A DNA stretch of 64,000 nucleotides, from the NCBI GenBank assembly GCA_024704765.1, contig JAKMXF010000210.1, forward strand, positions 528,121-592,120, written 5' to 3'. This stretch comes from Oopsacas minuta. Taxonomy: Eukaryota; Animalia; Porifera. Below, one piece after another: positions 33,601-42,481 of the stretch (the first letter of the stretch is position 1; the number at the start of each line of letters is the position of its first letter). Below the pieces are notes generated by a model. That model was not told where the DNA came from. It made no database searches and saw nothing but the letters and a program-made list of their open reading frames with translations. The position numbers were made by a program, and so were the translations under genes.

Positions 33601-36251
33601 TCATGGCTAACGCTAGCAGCTTGTCAGAGCGAGGCATCTGACAGCTGTCAAGTTGTGCAATACAGCACTGGATTTACTATAGACTTAGACAGCTTCAAAG
33701 CAGTTAGTATTCAGTCTCAATCTAATGACGTAGGAGATAAGTTAGCTATTTCTCTTTGTGGTGCTCTAACAGATCCTAGCTTAGGAGATTGCTATAGTAA
33801 TAACAATACTGCAGTGTGTTACTCAAAGGGTAGCGATCACTATCCTATTGCTACCTCTAATACTTCTAAATGGTTCTACGGAGATGAAATAGTAGTTTCT
33901 TATTATAATGGATTTAACTGTTTGGACCAATCTTCTCCATTCAAGAGCTCTGTAGAGCTTACGTTACAATGTGGTGATAGTGAAAGCCAATCATTCGTAG
34001 AGCCTTCTAATGAGTGTGTGTATCAGGTTCTATGGCAGAGTCCTCTGTTATGTCAGTATCAAGTTGAATGCAGTGTTACACATAACGGATATGATTACGA
34101 TCTGAATTGGCTGAAAGCATATGATAGCAATTGGAGAGTTAGTTTGTCTGATAAAAAATTTCTTATTAACGTGTGTCACAATCTATTGCCAGAAGAAACA
34201 CAAACTTGTGACAGTACAGCTGCTATTTGCATGATTAGTGGTAATCATGCAGTTAATTTAGGTCAGGTTACTAATGGGCCTCAGTATGTTAGTGAAGGAG
34301 CCCTTCAGATTGAGTATAAGAATGGAGATGAGTGTGGAGATGGGACATACAGTTCTACTATTCAGTTTAATTGCCAGAAAGGAGCTGATTTAGAAGATTA
34401 TATCACTCAATCAGTGAATGTAAGTTTATGCTAACACTATTTATTAAATACGTTTATTATATCTTCTTCTTGTTATAGGGGTGTCACTATATGTTCATCT
34501 GGGATACACACGTGGCTTGTGAAGATGCTGGAGGTACTATTATTGGTAAATGTGAGATAGAAGACACAGTAACAGGAGATGTATATGATCTTAAACCTAT
34601 TTTTGATGTAGGGATAATTAATGTCACTATTGAACCATTATTACAGATTATTGCTTGTCAAACTATAAAAAGGTGTGGAGGAGCGGTATGTTATGACAAT
34701 TCTATTAGCTATGGTAAATATACTGATTCTAGTCTCAAGTTAGTGAATCATGTCCCTACACTTGAGTACAAGGATGGTAGTCCTTGTGGTAACAGCAAGT
34801 ACAAGTCTAACATAGAATTTATTTGTAACAAGAGTGCAATAGATCACAAGTATGTAGAGCATTTGCCAATAGACGGTTGTATACACTATTTTTTATGGCA
34901 TACTCCATTAGCTTGTGCTTCTACTGTCACTGAGTGTAAACTGACAGTTGACAACCGTATAGTTGATATTACAGATTTGAATAGGAAATTTGGTGCTTGG
35001 GAGGTTGACGTGAAAGGTGATAAGTTATACTTTAATCCTTGCGCTGGTATGAGTTCTTTCTTGATTAACACAAATCTGAAGAGTGAATCTTGTTCCTCTG
35101 ACTCTCTTGCTTGTCTTCTATCGAAAGAAACTTTGCAAGAAGTAGGAGCTCTGGACACAGCTGTTCTTAAACTCAGTATAGATGGAAAATATCCTATAGA
35201 AACAGCTCGTAGCCAAACTAAATGTATTCTTGATAAATCTAAAACAAAGTCAATTCAAATACTCTTCTATCCAGGCTCTGCTATGATAGAAACTCCTGTA
35301 TTCCAGGGTCTCCATCGTACAACTAGCTCATGTGTGATTAGTATTGTATTCAGTACTTCTCTAGTCGGAGAATCTTCTCCTATCAATGAACATAATGAAC
35401 TTATAACCACAGAGACACCAGGAACATGTCATAATGTACTTGTGAAGCTGAATAAAAATAAGGATTATCACATAAGTAGTGATTTGAATGGAGAAACTCT
35501 TGATTTCTACGTAAATTTCTGTTCACATACAAGTGTGGAAGGTTGCAAAGAAGGTACAGTGTGTCTCATAAGGACTCAAGGTAGTAAAAAATCCGATCCA
35601 ATTGCTCTCAGTTCTTATAAAAAACAGAGAATAAATGCTGTTAATAATTCTTATATAGAATTAATCATTAGTTCTGTTAACAAGTCATGTCCATTTACAA
35701 ATAAACACATCCTTACAGTATTCTATATATCTTGTTCTTCCCACTATACCGCAGTGAGTATTGAATTCGAATTCACTTCTCCTACAGGCTGTCTCTATGT
35801 ATTCAATGTGTTAGCGCCTTCATCAGTTTGTCTTTCATACGAACCTACTGATGCGCCTCCTGGAGAATCTATAAATAGCGCTGGTAAGACTGCTGTCGTG
35901 TTTATTGTAGTCCTGATTGTTTGTTTGTTAGGGATATTCCTTGCTATCCTAATCACACTCTGCTTCTATAAGCGCTCTACCAAGGGCGATCGCATGTTCT
36001 ACAAGCTTAGAGCTTATCTCTCTCGTGTACCAGACGTACAGTTTAGATTCCAGAAGGTTGACGGATCTGAAATGGGTCATTTGATTACTAATATGAGTGG
36101 GAGTGAGTCTGAGGATGAAACTGTATCTGAGATTGGACCTGTGGGTACAAGAATTGAGCCTGCTGGGTTGGACAAGTTTTCTATTTCTGATCCTCCTGCT
36201 GGAAAAGAGGGAGGAGATGGTTCTGAAGATGAAGATTTTATTAAACTCTGA
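27684..36251 (+). CDS. IGF2R: cation-independent mannose-6-phosphate receptor-like giant receptor with about 15 MRH repeats, 15 exons, about 2376 aa
   Basis: Phase-checked exons: 27684-28049, 28110-28562, 28624-28929, 29049-29526, 29585-29853, 29916-30248, 30290-30592, 30654-31014, 31479-31711, 31774-32046, 32109-32460, 32671-32856, 32913-33343, 33406-34419 and 34479-36251. They total 7131 nt, in frame. It has a signal peptide and repeated MRH-type modules with recurring motifs (C..Y.F.W.T..AC, VxFxCD/K, GD.C). One TM helix (AVVFIVVLIVCLLGIFLAILITLCFY) is followed by a cytoplasmic tail ending GSEDEDFIKL, an acidic-cluster dileucine motif like CI-MPR sorting signals. All introns are GT-AG and 41-465 bp long. 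Confidence 0.8.
29890..29907. repeat. (ATT)6 microsatellite inside a 62 bp intron of the receptor gene
   Basis: Read directly from the sequence. Confidence 0.7.
31199..31272 (-). tRNA. tRNA-Ile (anticodon AAU)
   Basis: Reverse complement GTCTACGTAGCTCAGTTGGTTAGAGCGTCGGTCTAATAAGCCGAATGTCATAGGTTCGATCCCTGTCGTGGGCA. It folds as a cloverleaf: 7 bp acceptor stem with two G-U pairs; D-arm GCTC/GAGC; anticodon loop CTAATAA (anticodon AAT); T-arm with GGTTCGATCC; discriminator A. It lies inside intron 8 of the receptor gene. Confidence 0.85.
31342..31415 (-). tRNA. tRNA-Ile (anticodon AAU), second copy
   Basis: Reverse complement GCCCTCGTAGCTCAGTCGGTTAGAGCGTGGGTCTAATAAGCCCAAGGTCACAGGTTCGAGCCCTGTCGGGGGCA. 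Same cloverleaf and the same anticodon loop CTAATAA. It is 70 bp from the first copy, same orientation, same intron. Confidence 0.85.
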
Positions 36252-36424
36252 TAATTATTTTCATAACATTAGCTAATAATTCTTGCAGGGGTTGAGTAAT
36301 ATTTGTCTATATGTCTAGTGGATCAATATACACGTCATGTGAATTTATATATCTTCATACGGGATTACGTATATATTAATTATAGCTTATTCTCGTAAAT
36401 TTCATATTTTGACCTTATATCTTC

Positions 36425-37660
36425 ATGCTAGCCGAAATATACCTTTATACTATACATCGAGAGGTTGTCATGTCCTTAACTTTGAAGCAAATTTGTCAAA
36501 TCTATTATATTGCTTTCCTCCTATCTTATTCTATGAGAGTTTCCTGTGAATTCATCCCCCCATCTAATCAGATATGTATGGACGAATCTATTACTTTTGA
36601 TTGTTTACTTACTGGAACTTTTCCAACTGTACAATTATTTGTCCTCAATAATACAACAATCAATTTATTTCAATTAAATAATATTGATAGTTTCTTCGGG
36701 ATAGATCTAACCCGTCTAAGTGCTACAGTTGATAATACTCTAGATCAGAATACAGGTCTGTACACATTACTCCGTGCTAACATTACACTTGTAAATATTA
36801 CAAAGGGAGATAATGGTACACTGATAGGATGTACTGCAACTACTTCTGGTAATGTTTTACTGGAAGATTCAGATACTCTTTATCTAGCTTCTCCTCCTTC
36901 TGAACTTGACATTATATTATCCCCTATACCCTCTAATTGTAGTGTTAAAGTATCATGGACTTATCCTATACAGTCTACTCTACCTATAACTGAAGAGATT
37001 ACAGATTCTGTTACTAACATTATTACTTATGATCGGGTATATTTCTCGAACTTCCTAACAGCTGGACAAGATTATACTTACACTTTAACTACCAGCAACT
37101 GTTTAGGAGACTCTATAACAGCTGATACTCAGCTGTTCTCTCTTCCTTCTCAACCTGATGCTTACACCTGTTCTGCTAAATATGGGTCTGAAAATAGAAT
37201 ACTAGTTTTACAGCTGTTTGGCTATACTTCTGAGTATGCTATTGAGACTAGTTTTACATTATCTGAAGACAGTGATAATACCATTAATTTGTCTGATACT
37301 TTTACTGAACCACGTTACTATTCTAAACAGATGTTTAATCTACCATCAACAAGAAACTATACAGTTATGTTTACATCTATATTGAGAGATTGTATTAGAT
37401 CCCTGCAAACAACTTGTGAAACCAAACTTAATATTACTGCTAGAGTTACACCAAATCCCTCCCCTCCTCCCTTAACGAATACATTCGTAACCACCAGTCC
37501 TTCCACATGTAATTATATTCTCAATACCAATGACTTTAGTATATTTAATGCAATGTTCTGGGTTAGTATCATTGGGTCGATTTTGCTGTGTTTCCTCAAT
37601 ATTACCGTTTGTATTAGTTTTATTTTAATCTGTCTGAACCAATTTAGACTGGTGTTTTGA
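36425..37660 (+). CDS. Ig-like/FN3-like single-pass glycoprotein, paralogue A (short tail)
   Basis: ORF of 411 aa; the likely real start is the in-frame Met at 36470 (MSLTLKQICQIYYIAFLLSYSMRVSCEF, signal-peptide-like). The Ig-like module is ITFDC...DNGTLIGC (a D.G.Y.C-like motif). The FN3-like module is PSNCSVKVSWTYP...YTYTLTTSNCLGDS. There are more than 15 N-x-S/T sites, a C-terminal TM helix and a very short tail. Outside two variable patches it is over 90% identical in nucleotides to copies B and C. Confidence 0.55.
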   Translation: MLAEIYLYTIHREVVMSLTLKQICQIYYIAFLLSYSMRVSCEFIPPSNQICMDESITFDCLLTGTFPTVQLFVLNNTTINLFQLNNIDSFFGIDLTRLSATVDNTLDQNTGLYTLLRANITLVNITKGDNGTLIGCTATTSGNVLLEDSDTLYLASPPSELDIILSPIPSNCSVKVSWTYPIQSTLPITEEITDSVTNIITYDRVYFSNFLTAGQDYTYTLTTSNCLGDSITADTQLFSLPSQPDAYTCSAKYGSENRILVLQLFGYTSEYAIETSFTLSEDSDNTINLSDTFTEPRYYSKQMFNLPSTRNYTVMFTSILRDCIRSLQTTCETKLNITARVTPNPSPPPLTNTFVTTSPSTCNYILNTNDFSIFNAMFWVSIIGSILLCFLNITVCISFILICLNQFRLVF

Positions 37661-37767
37661 TACGTTTGTATATTTTGAGCATTTTAAAGCTATCTTTGTA
37701 TTATAATTTCAGCTAATCAATTGAATTGAATATATTTAATGAGTGACTTATATATTTAGCTTTTCCA

Positions 37768-39117
37768 ATGAATAACCTACTCTTACTTCTACTCTTATTA
37801 TCCCTCTTGCTATGTTATATGAGAGTTTCCTGTGAATTCATCCCTCCATCTAATCAGATATGTATGGACGAATCTATTACTTTTGATTGTTTACTTCCTG
37901 GAACTTTTCCAACTATACAATTATTTGTCATCAATAATACAACAGTCAATTTATTTCAAATAAATAATATTGATAGTTTCTTCGGGATAGATCTAACCCG
38001 TCTAAGTGCTACAGTTGATAATGCTCTAGATCAGAATACAGGTCTGTACACAGTACTCCGTGCTAACATTACACTTGTAAATATTACAAAGGGAGATAAT
38101 GGTACACTGATAGGATGTACTGCAACTACTTCTGGTAATGTTTTACTGGAAGATTCAGATACTCTTTATCTAGCTTCTCCTCCTTCTGAACCTGACATTA
38201 TATTATCCCCTATACCCTCTAATTGTAGTGTTAAAGTATCATGGACTTATCCTATACAGTCTACTCTACCTATAACTGAAGAGATTACAGATTCTGTTAC
38301 TAACATTATTACTTATGATCGGGTATATTTCTCGAACTTCCTAACAGCTGGACAAGATTATACTTACACTTTAACTTCCAGCAACTGTTTAGGAGACTCT
38401 ATAACAGCTGATACTCAGCTGTTCTCTCTTCCTTCTCAACCTGATGCTTACACCTGTTCTGCTGAATATGGGTCTGAAAATAGAATGCTAGTTTTACAGC
38501 TGTTGGGCTATACTTCTGAGTATGCTATTGAGACTAGTTTTACTTTATCTGAAGACAGTGATAATACCACTAATTTGTCTGATACTTTTACTGAACCACG
38601 TTACTATTCTAAACAGATGTTTGATCTACCATCAACAAGAAACTATACAGTTGTGTTTACATCTGTATTGAGAGATTGTATTGGATCCCTGCAAACAACT
38701 TGTGAAGCCAAACTTATTATTACTGGTATAGTTACACCAACTTCCCCCCCTATTCCAACACCTACTCCCTCCATGACTATTCCAACTCAGAGTCCACAGG
38801 ATTACCTAGTATACATCATAATAGCAGTAGTTCTCTTCCTACTGTTATTATTCCTATCTTTTGTTATAATCTTGCTTACTTGTCTACTAAACAGAGGGAA
38901 AATATTCAGAAATAGAACTTCTCCTCAGAATGCTAAGGGTTTTTCTAAGCGGGTTGCAGCTCCCGCGAAAATCTCTGATTCAAATGAAAACGGGGATGAG
39001 CTAAATTACCTAAAACCAGAATTTGGTTCCAATCCTAAGAAACCTAATGCTCCTATCCCTAAGACTCTGTATGCAGATATTAAGCATATGCCTTCTGACT
39101 ACGCTACCCTACAGTAG
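37768..39117 (+). CDS. Ig-like/FN3-like single-pass glycoprotein, paralogue B, with an ITAM-like cytoplasmic tail
   Basis: ORF of 449 aa. The signal peptide is MNNLLLLLLLLSLLLCYMRVSC and the ectodomain matches A. A Pro/Thr-rich stalk is followed by the TM helix YLVYIIIAVVLFLLLLFLSFVIILLTCLL. The tail ends ...LNYLKPEF...KTLYADIKHMPSDYATLQ. The segment YADI-x6-YATL matches the canonical ITAM YxxI/L-x(6-8)-YxxL, and SDYATL also fits an ITIM-like pattern. Confidence 0.75.
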   Translation: MNNLLLLLLLLSLLLCYMRVSCEFIPPSNQICMDESITFDCLLPGTFPTIQLFVINNTTVNLFQINNIDSFFGIDLTRLSATVDNALDQNTGLYTVLRANITLVNITKGDNGTLIGCTATTSGNVLLEDSDTLYLASPPSEPDIILSPIPSNCSVKVSWTYPIQSTLPITEEITDSVTNIITYDRVYFSNFLTAGQDYTYTLTSSNCLGDSITADTQLFSLPSQPDAYTCSAEYGSENRMLVLQLLGYTSEYAIETSFTLSEDSDNTTNLSDTFTEPRYYSKQMFDLPSTRNYTVVFTSVLRDCIGSLQTTCEAKLIITGIVTPTSPPIPTPTPSMTIPTQSPQDYLVYIIIAVVLFLLLLFLSFVIILLTCLLNRGKIFRNRTSPQNAKGFSKRVAAPAKISDSNENGDELNYLKPEFGSNPKKPNAPIPKTLYADIKHMPSDYATLQ

Positions 39118-39420
39118 TTATGCCTTTGTACTTGTTAGTGGTTTTATTCTTATCTAAGGTATTAATTCAGCTTAAATCTAATCCTGCTGGTATGACCTAT
39201 TAGTAATTATCCTCCCCCTTCTCTACTAAATGGATTTATATTGAATTGTTTATTTCTTTACTTTCTTTGTATAATATCTAGTGAACTGTTTACCTTATAT
39301 AACTTGTATGTATAGGATATGTAGTATTTGTTTGTTGTTTTGTTTACTTTATAATAATCATACTATCCAGAATTATTTGCACAACCAAACAATTCATATC
39401 TTCGTTCATTTTCTTACTAG

Positions 39421-39540
39421 TTAGCTATGGCTAGCACTACATGTCCACATGTAACTAACCAAGGTCTAGAGATGGATCTTGGTAACTTATCGGCTACTGA
39501 CATAGATTTCCATCTAACTAATGAGGGAGGCTGTGTTTCC
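39421..39540 (+). pseudogene. duplicated 5' fragment of RRS1 (ATG plus 39 codons), fused at the duplication junction to copy-A tail sequence
   Basis: Segment 39421-39540 is near-identical to 41101-41220 (MASTTCPHVTNQGLEMDLGNLSATDIDFHLTNEGG). It then reads into CVSSILPFVLVLF stop, a 48-codon chimeric ORF. Confidence 0.7.
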
Positions 39541-39711
39541 TCAATATTACCGTTTGTATTAGTTTTATTTTAATCTGTCTGAACCAATTTAGACTCGTGT
39601 TTTGATACGTTTGTATATTTTGAGCATTTTAAAGCTATCTTTGTATTATAATTTTAGCTAATCAATTGAATTGAATATATTTATGACTGATTTATTTATT
39701 TAGCTATTCAA

Positions 39712-40680
39712 ATGAATAACTTACTCTTACTTCTACTCTTATTATCCCTCTTGCTATGTTATATGAGAGTTTCCTGTGAATTCATCCCTCCATCTAATCA
39801 GATATGTATGGACGAATCTATTACTTTTGATTGTTTACTTCCTGGAACTTTTCTGCTTGTACAAGTATTTATCGTCAATTCTACACTAGTCAATTTATTT
39901 CAAATAAATAATATTGATAGTTTCTTCGGGATAGATCTAACCCGTCTAAGTGCTACAGTTGATAATACTCTAGATCAGAATACAGGTCTGTACACAGTAC
40001 TCCGTGCTAACATTACACTTATTGATATTACCAAGGAAGATAATGGTACACTGATAGGATGTCAAGCGACTAATTCTGATAATGATTTAATTGAAGTTTC
40101 AGATACTCTTTATCTAGCTTCTCCTCCTGAACTTGACATTATATTATCCCCTATACCCTCTAATTGTAGTGTTAAAGTATCATGGACTTATCCTATACAG
40201 TCCACTCTACCTATAACTGAAGAGATTACAGATTCTGTTACTAACATTATTACTTATGATCGGGTATATTTCTCGAACTTCCTAACAGCTGGACAAGATT
40301 ATACTTACACTTTAACTTCCAGCAACTGTTTAGGAGACTCTATAACAGCTGATACTCAGCTGTTCTCTCTTCCTTCTCAACCTGATGCTTACACCTGTTC
40401 TGCTGAATATGGGTCTGAAAATAGAATGCTAGTTTTACAGCTGTTGGGCTATACTTCTGAGTATGCTATTGAGACTAGTTTTACTTTATCTGAAGACAGT
40501 GATAATACCACTAATTTGTCTGATACTTTTACTGAACCACGTTACTATTCTAAACAGATGTTTGATCTACCATCAACAAGAAACTATACAGTTGTGTTTA
40601 CATCTATATTGAGAAATTGTATTGGATCCCTGCAAACAACTTGTGAAACCAAACTTAATATTACTGCTTTAGTTCTATGA
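39712..40680 (+). CDS. Ig-like/FN3-like glycoprotein, paralogue C: truncated before the TM helix, either a secreted form or a young pseudogene
   Basis: ORF of 322 aa with the same signal peptide as B. Local indels near 40655-40680 create a stop (...CETKLNITALVL stop). Downstream remnants of the TM and tail are readable in other frames (LPYYLTYIIIAVVLYAF stop; ...MPSDYATLQ stop at 40780-40806). Relative to B, about 260 bp covering the TM helix and most of the tail are deleted. Confidence 0.55.
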   Translation: MNNLLLLLLLLSLLLCYMRVSCEFIPPSNQICMDESITFDCLLPGTFLLVQVFIVNSTLVNLFQINNIDSFFGIDLTRLSATVDNTLDQNTGLYTVLRANITLIDITKEDNGTLIGCQATNSDNDLIEVSDTLYLASPPELDIILSPIPSNCSVKVSWTYPIQSTLPITEEITDSVTNIITYDRVYFSNFLTAGQDYTYTLTSSNCLGDSITADTQLFSLPSQPDAYTCSAEYGSENRMLVLQLLGYTSEYAIETSFTLSEDSDNTTNLSDTFTEPRYYSKQMFDLPSTRNYTVVFTSILRNCIGSLQTTCETKLNITALVL

Positions 40681-41113
40681 ACTCCCTCCCTTACCTCCAT
40701 GACTACAAACACAGGTTTACCACCTCAGAGTCTACCGTATTACCTAACATACATCATAATAGCAGTAGTACTCTATGCCTTCTGACTACGCTACCCTACA
40801 GTAGTTATGCCTTTGTACTTGTTAGTGGTTTTATTCTTATCTAAGGTATTAATTCAGCTTAAATCTAATCCTGCTGGTATAACCTATTAGTAATTATCCT
40901 CCCCCTTCTCTACTAAATGGATTTATATTGAATTGTTTATTTCTTTACTTTCTTTGTATAATATCTAGTGAACTGTTTACCTTATATAACTTGTATGTAT
41001 AGGATATGTAGTATTTGTTTGTTGTTTTGTTTACTTTATAATAATCATACTATCCAGGATTATTTGCACAACCAAACAATTCATATCTTCGTTCATTTTC
41101 TTACTAGTTAGCT

Positions 41114-42248
41114 ATGGCTAGCACTACATGTCCACATGTAACTAACCAAGGTCTAGAGATGGATCTTGGTAACTTATCGGCTACTGACATAGATTTCCAT
41201 CTAACTAATGAGGGAGGTGTTCCTAATGAGCAGGAGTTATTGAACAGATCACAACAATGTGTTCAAACAATGTTCAGTCAGCTGTCTAAACTTCCTCACG
41301 AGAGAGACGGACATCTGTCAGTTGTCAAACTACCTGAACCTAAAACCCAGCTTCCAAGATATCAACCTCTTCCTCAACCTAAGCCTCTGACTAGATGGGA
41401 GAGATATTCCAAAGAGAAGGGAGTGAGTAATAAGAAGAGGAGTAGGATGGTGTGGGATGAAGGAGGACAGGAATGGAAACCAAGATGGGGATACAAGAAG
41501 GCTAGTAAGAGACCAGAGGATCAGTGGTTGGTTGAGGTAAGTACTAAGTTATTACTTATATATTAGATTAATTCTATCAATTATTATGCTATTAGATTCC
41601 AGACCAGAAGGATCCATATGAAGATTACTTTGAGAAGGCTAAAGAAGAGAAGAGAGAGAGGGTAGCTAAAAATGAGTACCAGAGAGTGAGGAACCTTATG
41701 AGAGACCATGAGGGTAAAATTAAAGCTCCACACCTCCTCACAAATCAGGGACAGAAAGGAGGAAGGAAGGAACTTAATATGATGACTAGCCTTGCAAAGG
41801 TTTCTACTCCATCTCTTGGAAAGTAAGTATTAGCTATATACACGTAGTTGTGATAATATTTATCTTCTGATATATTTATAGGTTTAGTGAGAAAGTTAAA
41901 GGAGAACCTAAATCCATCCGTGGGCAGAAGAGAAGGTTTGATCCTGTGTTAGGAGATTTAAAATCAGAACGAGACAAACAGTTGAAACTCTTAGAAACAA
42001 TATCAAGAGATAAACCCATAGTGAATGTTAGTAAAGCAGTCAACAGGTATATTGATAAGAAACAGAAGTCTAATAGACAGACAGAGGATAATTATGATAA
42101 TGAAGATACACAACCAAGACATAAAAGTAAGTTTGGTAAAAAGATGAAAGGGAAAACTCCCTTGAAAACGAAACTACCTAAAGCAGGTAAGAAAGTTGAG
42201 AAAAAACTGAAAAGATTGCAACAGACGAAAAGAAGAATGAAACTTTAG
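41114..42248 (+). CDS. RRS1: ribosome biogenesis regulatory protein Rrs1 homologue, 3 exons, about 338 aa
   Basis: Exons 41114-41536 (donor GAG|GTAAGT), 41596-41822 and 41882-42248. The translation contains ...KPLTRWERYSKEKGVSNKKRSRMVWDEGGQEWKPRWGYKKASKRPEDQWLVE|IPDQKDPYEDYFEKAKEEKRERVAKNEYQRVRNLMRDHEG...KVSTPSLGK|FSEKVKGEPKSIRGQKRRFDPVLGDLKSERDKQLKLL..., collinear with Rrs1. Confidence 0.85.
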
Positions 42249-42481
42249 TAAAATCCTTCCATCCAATTAGTTTAATCAAATCACTTTTTAATTATTGTGA
42301 TTTGTTTTGTAATTTAATTAATAATATAAAATTCCAATGATTAGGTTTATCATAGCTTTGTGCGTAATAAGATCTATCTTCTAATGAAATTCTAACTATA
42401 ATTATGTTTACGAACTTATAACGTAATTTGTAATTACTTATAAAAGCAATATTACAGTAGTGAGTATAGTTTAAGAAGGAT

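Larger units (their letters stand above)
37587..41219. repeat. tandem segmental duplication: unit 1 is 37587-39540 and unit 2 is 39541-41219 (unit 2 carries a ~260 bp internal deletion)
   Basis: Segment 39541-39711 repeats 37587-37767 (3' end of copy A plus spacer). Segment 39118-39540 repeats 40800-41219 (3' flank plus the first 106 nt of RRS1 CDS). The junction at 39540/39541 joins RRS1 ...AATGAGGGAGG to A-tail CTGTGTTTCCTCAAT. The microhomology is TGTT(T)CCT: RRS1 reads ggaggTGTTCCTaatg and the copy A tail reads tgcTGTGTTTCCTcaat. Confidence 0.8.
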
